NCBI GenBank assembly: GCA_038231235.1 | Contig: JBBRLT010000003.1 | Span: 10,370 to 74,369 of the forward strand | DNA length: 64,000 bases | Direction: 5' to 3' | Source: Terriglobales bacterium | GTDB taxonomy: Bacteria; Acidobacteriota; Terriglobia; Terriglobales; Acidobacteriaceae | Shown here: positions 8,948 to 19,679 of the stretch, one piece after another | Layout of the letters: the number at the start of each line of letters is the position of its first letter | Numbering within the stretch: position 1 is the first letter of the stretch | The notes under the pieces: generated by a model | Seen by the model: only the letters and a program-made list of their open reading frames with translations | Database searches by the model: none | Told to the model about the DNA's origin: nothing | Position numbers and translations under genes: made by a program

Positions 8948-10195
8948 CTACAGCAAGGCCAGGATGCTGAACAGCAGCGCTACTGGCATAACGATCAGGC
9001 CGACCTTAAGGAACTCCCAGGCACTGATCTCTTCACCTTCGCGGCGCAGCGCGATCAGCCAGAGGATGGTTGCGAGCGAGCCGGTTACGGAGAGATTCGG
9101 GCCCAGGTCGACTCCGATGAGAGCCGCGTGTTGCAGGGTTCCATCTACGTGCGCGTGCGCCAGCGCAACCCCGCTGGCCAGTCCAACCGGCAGGTTGTTC
9201 ATGCCGTTGGAGAGTAGCGCCACCGCGATGCTGACAACGAACTTGCCCTGAGAAACCGGCTGATGGGTGATCCATGCCAGACCACGCTCGGCCAGGGTCA
9301 ACATGCCGGCACGGCTGAGCGCTTCAACCAGCATGAAGAGCCCGGCGACCAGCGGCAGCACAGCCCAGGAGACTCCGCGCACCGCGGCAAGCGGAGCGCC
9401 ACGATCGCGCAGGCCGACCAGCAGCAGCGCGACGACACCGACGCAGACGGTGGGCAGGCCCAGCTGCCAGCCGAGCCCGGAGGCGACCAGCAGCACTGCC
9501 GCAGCGATGAGGATGGCTGTGAGCGCAAGCTTGCCTGCGGGGGTTAGCGGATTGGTCGCACCGGCGTCTGCGGTTCTGGCACGGAGTTCTCGCCGTGAAA
9601 GTCCGCGCAGCACCAGATACGTTGCAACGATGGAAGCTGCGGAGGGCAGCAGGAAGATGCGCAGCCAGGTGGCCAGCGGGGGCATGTGCGAAGCGAAGAT
9701 GACCAGGTTCGCCGGGTTGGAGATGGGCAGGACGAAACTGGCGGCGTTGGCAATGAGCGCGCAGGCCAGCAGATAAGGGCGAGGCGCGGCTTTGGCACGG
9801 CGCACGGCGGCCAGCACTGCCGGCGTGAGCACAACCGCAGTCGCATCATTCGAAAGAAAGATGGTAACGACGACGCCGGCAATATAGATAAGCAGGAAGA
9901 GCCTGGCTGCCGTGCCCCGGGCGTGGGTGACCGCGAGGGCCGCTACCCAGTCGAAGACATGCTCATGCCGCGCCGTCTCCGCCAGCAGCATCATGCCGAT
10001 GAGGAAGAGGTAGACGTCGAGGCCCTCACGAATTGCATGGACCGCATGGCTCAAGGGCAGCAGCCCGGTGAGGGTGAGCAGCAGTGCGCCGCCCGCGATC
10101 CACCATGCCTCCGCGATGCCGCGTGGACGCACTAGCATAAGCACAATGCTGCTGAGCGAGATAAGCCAGATGGAGGCAGCCGCGATATGGGACAA
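8948..10195 (-). CDS. ArsB/NhaD-superfamily anion permease (arsenite/citrate-transporter-like)
   Basis: Polytopic hydrophobic ORF with about 10-12 predicted TM segments and ArsB-like organisation. The first 52 codons of the 10351 ORF are Arg/Cys-rich. I place the start at the in-frame TTG at 10195, with ATG at 10138 as an alternative. Confidence 0.65.
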   Translation of the reverse strand: MSHIAAASIWLISLSSIVLMLVRPRGIAEAWWIAGGALLLTLTGLLPLSHAVHAIREGLDVYLFLIGMMLLAETARHEHVFDWVAALAVTHARGTAARLFLLIYIAGVVVTIFLSNDATAVVLTPAVLAAVRRAKAAPRPYLLACALIANAASFVLPISNPANLVIFASHMPPLATWLRIFLLPSAASIVATYLVLRGLSRRELRARTADAGATNPLTPAGKLALTAILIAAAVLLVASGLGWQLGLPTVCVGVVALLLVGLRDRGAPLAAVRGVSWAVLPLVAGLFMLVEALSRAGMLTLAERGLAWITHQPVSQGKFVVSIAVALLSNGMNNLPVGLASGVALAHAHVDGTLQHAALIGVDLGPNLSVTGSLATILWLIALRREGEEISAWEFLKVGLIVMPVALLFSILALL

Positions 10196-10510
10196 CGGGA
10201 AGACTTTGGATCGCCTTTCCTGGCGAGGTGAAGAACGGACGAAACAAGAGTTGGATGCACGCCAATATCCGCCGATGCAGGCGTGGCGCCCGCCCACGGA
10301 ATGCTTTGCGCCTGCCGGAAAATGTGACAGAGTAAGGGAACAGTCTCCCACTAGGCAAGAGCCGTGATCCCTGTCGCATCCGGTGCCTCTGTGTCAGTTC
10401 TCGGCGAGGACCGCCGCGTAATACGATTTGATTTGCTCGTTGTAATCCGACCGCAACTCCGGGCGCAGGAGCGGTGACCCAATTTCAACTTCTCCTCTGA
10501 AGGGAGCGGG

Positions 10511-12404
<1,894 letters not shown>

Positions 12405-12435
12405 CCAGGCATTGCCGCAAGAGGTGGTCCGCGCG

Positions 12436-15060
12436 ATGACGCAGCCGTTCAACTCAGTCAACTCCGCATCGACGCATTACCGGGCAGAGTTCGCCGCGAT
12501 GGCCGCCGCGTTCGCCGGCACTGGCGACGGCATGGCATGCATTCATCGGCGCACCGCGCTGGTGGATGAAATCGTGATCGGACTGTGGGCGCTGCTGGGC
12601 GATCCGGTTGCGCCCATCGCGCTGGTAGCGACGGGCGGCTTTGGCCGGCAGGAACTGTTTCCCCACTCGGACATTGACCTGCTGTTCCTGTGCGCCGATG
12701 CAAAGACGGAGTTGGCTGCGCGCGATCGCATCCGTGCCTGCAGCCAGGCGTTGTGGGATACCGGGCTTCGCGCCAGCACAACCACACGAAGCGTGAAGGA
12801 ATGCGACCGCTTTACGCCGGAAAACTATGAGTTCACGCTGTCGCTGCTCGACCGGCGGTGGGTGGGCGGAGACCCCGCCCCCTTCGCATCCTTGACGGAG
12901 AAGCAGCTGCCCTCTCTGGTCGCCCGCGAGTCAGAGGGCATACAGCGGCTGCTGCAGCAGGCACTCCTCGACCGCTATGCACGCTTCGGCGGAACCATCT
13001 TCCATCTGGAGCCCAATGTAAAAGACGCGCCCGGTGGCCTGCGCGACTATCACATGGCACATTGGAATGCCTTGCTGGCGCTGGTGCGCGAATCGCGGGA
13101 ATGGCCGGACACGGCGGATCTGCAGCACGATCCAGAGGTCCGCGCGGCGGTCGAGTTCCTGACCGCGACGCGCTGCTTCCTGCATCTGCGCGCGAACCGG
13201 GACGACAACATACTGAGCTGGCATGCACAGGACGAGGCGGGCGCCAGGAGAATCGGGCTGGCAGCCGCCGCCGCCACAGACCCCGCTTATTGGATGAGGA
13301 CCTACTACCGCCACGCGCGCACCATCTCGCGCAACGTGACGCCGCTGCTCGATCTGCCATCTCCGCAGAGATCGTTCTTCGCGCGCAAACGGCGGCGGCT
13401 GGCGATTGAAGGCACGCCCTTCGTGGTGGTGGAAGGACGCATCGATCTGGAAGATGAGGATGCCATTGTCGATCCGGAGTCCATGCTGCGTGCATTCGCC
13501 GAGATGGCAGAGCAGGCCTGGCGGCTGACGGCACGCGCGGAGAGCGCCATCAGCAATGCACTGCCGCTGCTGAATCTGCATCTGCCGGAGGGGCCATTCC
13601 TGCGCGCCGCGCTGGAACGGATTCTGCTGGGCCGCCATGCGGCGCAGGCGCTGCGCACCATGCATACGCTGGGTGTGCTGGAGATGCTGGTTCCAGAATT
13701 CCACGGCATCGATGCGCTGGTGATTCGTGACTCCTACCATCGCTACACGGTCGATGAGCATACATTTGTCACCATCGAAAATGTGCATTCACTGCGCGAC
13801 GCGACCATGGAAGACGGGCGCGGTGAGCGCGGCCCGGGACAGGATTGGGAGCGCCGCTTCGCCGGGCTGCTTGATGAGATCGACCGGCTGGAGCTGTTAC
13901 TGCTGGCGCTGCTGTTGCATGACACGGGCAAGGCCAGCCGCAGTGGAGACCACACTACGCAGAGTGTCGAACTTGCGGAGAGCGTGTTGCAGCGGCTGGA
14001 ACTGGAGCCGGAAGAGCGCGCCGTGGTGCTGGCCCTGGTGCGCGACCACCTGGCGATGTCTGCAGCCATGCGACGCGACATCTTCGATCCGGAGACGCTG
14101 CATGCACTGGCGGAAAAGGCCGGAACGCCGATGCACTTGCGCATGCTGTGCCTGCTGACTTACGCGGACGTGCGCGCCGTGAACCCGGACGCGCTGACAC
14201 CGTGGAAGGCAGAGAACCTGTGGCAGCTATTCATCGCTACATCGAACTGGCTGGACCGCAGCGTCGATGAGGAGCGCTACCATGCCGCCGTGGATCCGGC
14301 TTTGCTGCGGCGCATTATCGCGCTGGCGCCAGAACGTGGCGATGAGATGCGCCGCTTCCTGGAGGGTCTGCCGCAGCGCTACGTGCATACTCGCGCGCCA
14401 GAGCAAATTCGCGCGCATCTGGAGATGGCGTCCCGGCTGCACCAGCAGCCCGTGCAGGTTGCCTTGCGCAGGACGCGGCACTTGTTTGAGCTATCCCTGA
14501 TTGCGCTGGACCGCCCCATGCTGTTTGCCGACCTGGCAGGCACGCTCTCGGCGCTGGGGATGAACATTGTCAAGGCTGAGGCGTTTGCCAATGACGCTGG
14601 TGTGGTTGTGGACAGCTTTCTCTTCGCCGACTCGTTCGGCACACTGGAGCTGAACCCATCGGAGTTTGGCCGGTTCACACAGAGCGTCCTGGATGCCGTG
14701 ATGCGGCGTGTATCCGTAGACAAGTTGATGCGAGCGCGCCGCCACGTCGCCCTCGCCCCGGTGAAGATGCAGGTGGAGACGCGCATCTCCTTCGACGATA
14801 CGGCCTCCACCGCCAGCACAGTGATGCAGGTGGTGGCGCAGGACGGTCCCGGCCTGCTGCGCTCGATTGCCTCCGTCATTGCGACGCATGGCTGCGATAT
14901 ACGCGTCGCGCTGATCGATACCGAAGGGGAACTGGCGGTCGACGTGTTCTATCTGACGGTGCGGAAGCAAACGCTCGACGAGCCAATGAAGTCGCGGCTG
15001 ACAGACGATCTGACAACCGCGATCCAGGGGCTGCGCCCTGCCGGCGTGCTGACGCGTTAG
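12436..15060 (+). CDS. glnD: [Protein-PII] uridylyltransferase / uridylyl-removing enzyme GlnD
   Basis: Nucleotidyltransferase motif GGFGRQELFPHSDIDLLFL. HD domain LLLALLLHDTGK. Two C-terminal ACT-like repeats (LFELSLIALDRPMLFADLAG and TVMQVVAQDGPGLLRSIA). I prefer the start at ATG 12436, after AAGAGGTGG; the in-frame ATG at 12379 is an alternative. Confidence 0.85.
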   Translation: MTQPFNSVNSASTHYRAEFAAMAAAFAGTGDGMACIHRRTALVDEIVIGLWALLGDPVAPIALVATGGFGRQELFPHSDIDLLFLCADAKTELAARDRIRACSQALWDTGLRASTTTRSVKECDRFTPENYEFTLSLLDRRWVGGDPAPFASLTEKQLPSLVARESEGIQRLLQQALLDRYARFGGTIFHLEPNVKDAPGGLRDYHMAHWNALLALVRESREWPDTADLQHDPEVRAAVEFLTATRCFLHLRANRDDNILSWHAQDEAGARRIGLAAAAATDPAYWMRTYYRHARTISRNVTPLLDLPSPQRSFFARKRRRLAIEGTPFVVVEGRIDLEDEDAIVDPESMLRAFAEMAEQAWRLTARAESAISNALPLLNLHLPEGPFLRAALERILLGRHAAQALRTMHTLGVLEMLVPEFHGIDALVIRDSYHRYTVDEHTFVTIENVHSLRDATMEDGRGERGPGQDWERRFAGLLDEIDRLELLLLALLLHDTGKASRSGDHTTQSVELAESVLQRLELEPEERAVVLALVRDHLAMSAAMRRDIFDPETLHALAEKAGTPMHLRMLCLLTYADVRAVNPDALTPWKAENLWQLFIATSNWLDRSVDEERYHAAVDPALLRRIIALAPERGDEMRRFLEGLPQRYVHTRAPEQIRAHLEMASRLHQQPVQVALRRTRHLFELSLIALDRPMLFADLAGTLSALGMNIVKAEAFANDAGVVVDSFLFADSFGTLELNPSEFGRFTQSVLDAVMRRVSVDKLMRARRHVALAPVKMQVETRISFDDTASTASTVMQVVAQDGPGLLRSIASVIATHGCDIRVALIDTEGELAVDVFYLTVRKQTLDEPMKSRLTDDLTTAIQGLRPAGVLTR

Positions 15061-15067
15061 AGCTTCC

Positions 15068-18000
15068 CTACGCCTGTGGGCGCGGCGTCAGCTTCAACAG
15101 CATCTTCTCAGTATTGGTCCAATCCGCCAGCAATGCAGCAGCCCGCTGGCTGCGCGCCTCGTTCGCGTGCAATGTGAGCAGCGCGTGTACCTCGGCGGCA
15201 GACGAAGCATCCTCCGCAAGCGGCGATGCGCTGAGGAAGTCAGCATGGTAGCGCTGCTCAGACAGGAAGGTGCCGTCTTCGTCGAGCACCCATGCGATGC
15301 CCCCGGTCATGCCGGCGCCAAAGTTCTGTCCGGCGCTGCCCAGCACCAGCACAGCGCCGCCCGTCATGTACTCACAACCATGGTCGCCGACTCCCTCGAC
15401 AACGGCCACTGCTCCCGAGTTGCGGACGGCGAAGCGCTCACCCGCGCGTCCCGCTGCCAGCAGACGGCCGCCTGTCGCTCCATAGAGCGCGACGTTCCCC
15501 AGCAGTACGTGATGCGCGCTCTCCCGTGCTGCATCGCCCTCTGCGCGCAGGATCAATTTGCCGCCACTCATACTCTTGCCCACAAAGTCGTTGGCCATGC
15601 CCTCCAGCACCAGGCGCATGCCGCGAACTGCGAAGGCGCCGAAGGATTGGCCAGCGACTCCTTCCAGCTCGATCCGGATGAATGGGGGAGGCTCGCGCAG
15701 AGGCAGCCGCTCCAGTGCCAACGCACCGGCAAGCCGCGCGCCCACGGCACGGTCGCAGTTGGCAATCGTAGCGCGGACGCTGTAGGGCTGACCCGCCCGC
15801 GCTGCTTCGAGCGCCGGCTGCACCCAGGCGTCGTCCAGCGCCGGCTCGCCCTGCGGACGATCGTTGCGCTGGCCCATCCAGGCGCGTATGCCAGTTGTCG
15901 GCGCTGCCAGCATGCGCGTCAGGTCCAGGCCGCCAAGGTGCCGCGTCTGTTCCAGCAGATCGGTGCGGCCGATAGCATCTTCAAGGCTGGGCAGCCCCAG
16001 CTCCGCGAGCAGGCATCGCACCTCAGCGGCGAGCCCTTCAAAGAAACGGATAATGTGCTCCGGCTTGCCGCGGAACTTCGCGCGCAGCTCTGGCTTCTGT
16101 GTGGCGATGCCGGTGGGGCACGTGTTCAGATGGCACTGCCGCGCCATGTCGCAGCCGATGGCTACCAGGACGGCGGTACCGAAGGCGTACTCGTCGGCGC
16201 CCAGCATGGCCGCGATCAGAACGTCACGTGCCGTTTGCAATCCGCCATCGCAGCGCAGGCGAACGCGGCCGCGCAGACCGTCTGCCAGCAGCGACTGCTG
16301 CGCTTCCGCCAGCCCTAGCTCCCACGGATTGCCCGCGTGCTTGATGCTCGAAAGCGGAGAGGCACCGGTACCTCCGCTATGTCCAGCGATCACGATGTAG
16401 TCGGCGAAAGCCTTGGCGACACCCGCTGCGATGGTGCCGACGCCGAAGGAGGAGACCAGCTTGACGCCAATGGCGGCGCGCGGATTGACGCGCTTCAGGT
16501 CATAGATAAGTTGCGCCAGATCTTCGATCGAGTAGATATCGTGATGCGGCGGCGGACTGATGAGCATCACGCCGGGCTGCGCGTGGCGCAGGCGCGCGAT
16601 CAGGTCTGTCACCTTATGAGCAGGGAGCTGACCACCTTCGCCGGGCTTCGAGCCCTGGGCTATCTTGATCTCGATCTCTTCCGCGTTCGCCAGGTATTCG
16701 GCGGTGACGCCGAAGCGACCGGAGGCGAGCTGCTTGATCTTGTTATTGCGCAGGGAGCGCCCGCCGGTGACCGGGTCAGGAGCGTAGACGGCGGGATCCT
16801 CTCCGCCTTCACCAGTGTTGGAGCGCGCGCCAAGCAGGTTCATCGCTTCCGTAATGGTGCCGTGCGCCTCTGGACTGAGCGAGCCGAGCGACATTGCAGA
16901 GGCGATTAAGCGGCGCGTGAGCGCAGGCGTAGCTTCGACTGCCGCTTCGTCGAGCGCAGGGCCGGCAGCGCGCATGGTGAGCAGGTCGCGAAGCGTCTGC
17001 GGGGCCGTATCTGTAACGCTGGCCAAAGCGACGGAGGTGAGTTGTGAAGTGGCGAGCAACGCGCCGCTCTCCGTAACAACGGCGGAAGAAGCACCGCGCA
17101 CCGAGCCTACGCTGTTCTGCAGCACCTTCACGCGTTGCGGCTGCCACAGATGCGGTTCGGCTGTATCTGCCTTGCGAAAGCGCACCCAACCATAGTCGGG
17201 CAGATCGTTGCCGGAGCTGGATGGATCGGGGTGGTAAGCGTTCTGCCAGGTGCGGCGTACCTGCGCCTCAATGCCGGCGAAGCCGATGCCGCCCAGTGGC
17301 GCCGGAGTTCCGCGCAGGCAGCGGTGGACCACCTCTTCTTCCAGACCAATGGAGTCAAACAGGTGCGCGCCGCGATAGCTGTCGACGACGGAGATGCCCA
17401 TCTTCGACATGATCTTGGCCAGGCCAAGGTCGAAGGTCTTGAGCATATTCTGCTCGCCCTTCTCGGGTGAGGCAGCAACTGCGGTCTGCAGCGCGAGCCA
17501 GGGACAGACAGCGCCGGCGCCTGAGCCCAGCAGTACGGCGGCGTGATGCAAGTCGCGGCAGTCGCCCGCCTCCACGGCGAGACCGACGCGGGTGCGAATA
17601 CCCACGTCGATCAGCGCATGGTGCACCGCGCCGGTGGCCAGCGCCATGGGCACGGGGAGGCGCTCGGGGCCGGCCGCACTGTCTGAGAGCAGCAGCAACT
17701 GCGCGCCGCCGGTGACCAGCGCTGTCGCCTCCATGCAGAGGCGATCGATGGCGCCGGCGAGCGTCTCATCCGGCGAGAAGACGCAGTCGAGCACTGCCGT
17801 CGGTAGATCGGCGGCCAGTGGATGGCTGCGCTCGCGCAGCGCCTGCACCTGGCCCAGTGACAGGAAGGGCGAGGCGAGCGACAGGCCGGGAATGCGCGCA
17901 TGCGGATCGAGCAAGTGTGGCCATGGGCCGAGTCGCGTGTGCAGTTGCACTACGCAAGCCTCGCGCAGCGCATCGACCGGCGGATTGGTGACCTGGGCGA

Positions 18001-19552
18001 AGCGCTGGCGCAGGTAGTTGTAGACCGGGCGCGGCGAGCGGGCAAGCGCGGCGATGGGCGTGTCGTCCCCCATGGACCACACAGCGTCTTTTCCTTCTGC
18101 CGCCATCGGTTGCAGCACCACGCGAACGTCTTCGCGGGTGTAGCCGAAGAGCCGCTGCAACTCTAGCAGTCGCTCCGCGGGCAGGCCGCTCTTCCAGGTG
18201 ACAGCGCTGGTCAGGGGAATGTCAGAGACCAGCGTCTCGTACTCCACCTCGCGATCGAAGCGGGCCAGGATCTCGCGTGTGTCCAGCACCTCGTAGGTCT
18301 TCAGGTCAACCACCAGCATCTCGCCTGGGCCGAGCCGCCCGCTCTCCAGCACAGTCTCCGGATCCAGATCGACCAGTCCTGCTTCAGATCCGGCAACCAC
18401 CAGCCCGTCCCGCGTGATGAAGTAGCGGCAGGGTCGCAGTCCATTGCGATCCAGCGCGGCGCCCACAATGCCGTCATCGGCAAAGGTCAGCGCAGCAGGG
18501 CCATCCCAGGGCTCCACGCAATCGGCGTGATAGTGCATGAATTCAGAGACCTTCTCCAGGCGCGCGGGCGGCACCAGCATGCGCACTGCCTGGCTTACGC
18601 TGCGGCCGTTGCGCGCCAGTAGTTCGACTGCCTCGTCCAGGCTGGTCGAGTCGGAGCCATCGAGCGAGTAGAGCGGATGGTACTCCGCAGGGATGGTCGC
18701 GGCGCGTGCATCCATACGCGCGCGATTGCCCCAAACGGTATTGATTTCGCCGTTATGCGCAAGCATGCGCAGCGGCTGGGCGCGGCTCCAGGAAGGCTCC
18801 GAGTTGGTGGCATAGCGCTGGTGAAAGATGGCGAATGCAGTGGTGTAGTTGGGGTCGGCCAGATCAGGGTAGTAGTCGGCCAGCACACGACCGGCGCAGA
18901 GCGCCTTGTAGACGATGGTGGATGCGGACAGCGAGCAGACATGGACGTGTGGCGTTTCGCGCTCAAACTGCTTGCGCGCGAGGTACAGGCGGCGGTCCAG
19001 CTCCGCGGGATGGGCAGAGATGAATGCCTGCAGTATGCGCGGAGCAGAGGCGAGCGCCTGCTGGCCCAGTTGTTCTGGCTGTGTGGGGACGGCACGCCAT
19101 GCCAGCAGCTTGCAGCGCTGCGTACTCAATGCTGCTGCAAAGCAAGCCTGAGCTGGCGCTGGATCATCTGCTGGTGGGAAGAAGCAGACGCCCACGGCGA
19201 GCGCGCGGTCCTCGCTCAGAACCAGGTCTGCGGCGGAGAGGAGAAACTCGCGCGGGATCTGGGTCATGATGCCGACGCCGTCGCTGCTCTTTCCATCGGC
19301 GGCAACCGCACCACGATGGGCCAGGCGCCCCAGCGCTGTCAGCGCGTGCTCGAGTACCAGGCGGGAGGGCTGGTTGGAGACGCGCGCGACGAACCCCACG
19401 CCACAGGAATCATGGTGGAAGCGGGGGTCAAGGAGGGAAGGCGGTGATGACGCAGCAGTGGAGAGGGAAGGGGAGCCAGGCGCACACACCCGGTCTAAGC
19501 CAGCAGGGTGACACTGAGGAGCGGCAGTTGCAGTGTGCCGGTAGCTCGCCAT
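15068..19552 (-). CDS. gltB: Glutamate synthase (GOGAT) large subunit
   Basis: 1494-aa ORF. Ntn-amidotransferase start CGVGFVA after a leader of about 49 aa. FMN and Fe-S region (GEGGEDP, ISPPPHHDIYSIEDL, LRCDGGLQTARDV). C-terminal GXGXG beta-helix repeats. Confidence 0.92.
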   Translation of the reverse strand: MASYRHTATAAPQCHPAGLDRVCAPGSPSLSTAASSPPSLLDPRFHHDSCGVGFVARVSNQPSRLVLEHALTALGRLAHRGAVAADGKSSDGVGIMTQIPREFLLSAADLVLSEDRALAVGVCFFPPADDPAPAQACFAAALSTQRCKLLAWRAVPTQPEQLGQQALASAPRILQAFISAHPAELDRRLYLARKQFERETPHVHVCSLSASTIVYKALCAGRVLADYYPDLADPNYTTAFAIFHQRYATNSEPSWSRAQPLRMLAHNGEINTVWGNRARMDARAATIPAEYHPLYSLDGSDSTSLDEAVELLARNGRSVSQAVRMLVPPARLEKVSEFMHYHADCVEPWDGPAALTFADDGIVGAALDRNGLRPCRYFITRDGLVVAGSEAGLVDLDPETVLESGRLGPGEMLVVDLKTYEVLDTREILARFDREVEYETLVSDIPLTSAVTWKSGLPAERLLELQRLFGYTREDVRVVLQPMAAEGKDAVWSMGDDTPIAALARSPRPVYNYLRQRFAQVTNPPVDALREACVVQLHTRLGPWPHLLDPHARIPGLSLASPFLSLGQVQALRERSHPLAADLPTAVLDCVFSPDETLAGAIDRLCMEATALVTGGAQLLLLSDSAAGPERLPVPMALATGAVHHALIDVGIRTRVGLAVEAGDCRDLHHAAVLLGSGAGAVCPWLALQTAVAASPEKGEQNMLKTFDLGLAKIMSKMGISVVDSYRGAHLFDSIGLEEEVVHRCLRGTPAPLGGIGFAGIEAQVRRTWQNAYHPDPSSSGNDLPDYGWVRFRKADTAEPHLWQPQRVKVLQNSVGSVRGASSAVVTESGALLATSQLTSVALASVTDTAPQTLRDLLTMRAAGPALDEAAVEATPALTRRLIASAMSLGSLSPEAHGTITEAMNLLGARSNTGEGGEDPAVYAPDPVTGGRSLRNNKIKQLASGRFGVTAEYLANAEEIEIKIAQGSKPGEGGQLPAHKVTDLIARLRHAQPGVMLISPPPHHDIYSIEDLAQLIYDLKRVNPRAAIGVKLVSSFGVGTIAAGVAKAFADYIVIAGHSGGTGASPLSSIKHAGNPWELGLAEAQQSLLADGLRGRVRLRCDGGLQTARDVLIAAMLGADEYAFGTAVLVAIGCDMARQCHLNTCPTGIATQKPELRAKFRGKPEHIIRFFEGLAAEVRCLLAELGLPSLEDAIGRTDLLEQTRHLGGLDLTRMLAAPTTGIRAWMGQRNDRPQGEPALDDAWVQPALEAARAGQPYSVRATIANCDRAVGARLAGALALERLPLREPPPFIRIELEGVAGQSFGAFAVRGMRLVLEGMANDFVGKSMSGGKLILRAEGDAARESAHHVLLGNVALYGATGGRLLAAGRAGERFAVRNSGAVAVVEGVGDHGCEYMTGGAVLVLGSAGQNFGAGMTGGIAWVLDEDGTFLSEQRYHADFLSASPLAEDASSAAEVHALLTLHANEARSQRAAALLADWTNTEKMLLKLTPRPQA

Positions 19553-19679
19553 AGTTCACTATAAGCCGATTTGTTGTCACTGGCCGCAAGGAGTTATCAC
19601 GAATTGTCGAGCAGTCCCGGGAGGTAGCAGGCCTTCAGCAGATGACGGCTGGACTGCATAGCCGCATACTGGGAGCACG

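Noticed and set aside
15167-16318. 383-aa + strand ORF inside gltB. Similar long antisense ORFs occur at 10394-11371, 12931-13788, 34452-35546, 36538-37149 and 37908-38810
   Set aside because: All overlap genes with strong family motifs on the opposite strand, and all have Arg/Ala/Gly/Pro-biased translations. I judge them to be high-GC artefacts.
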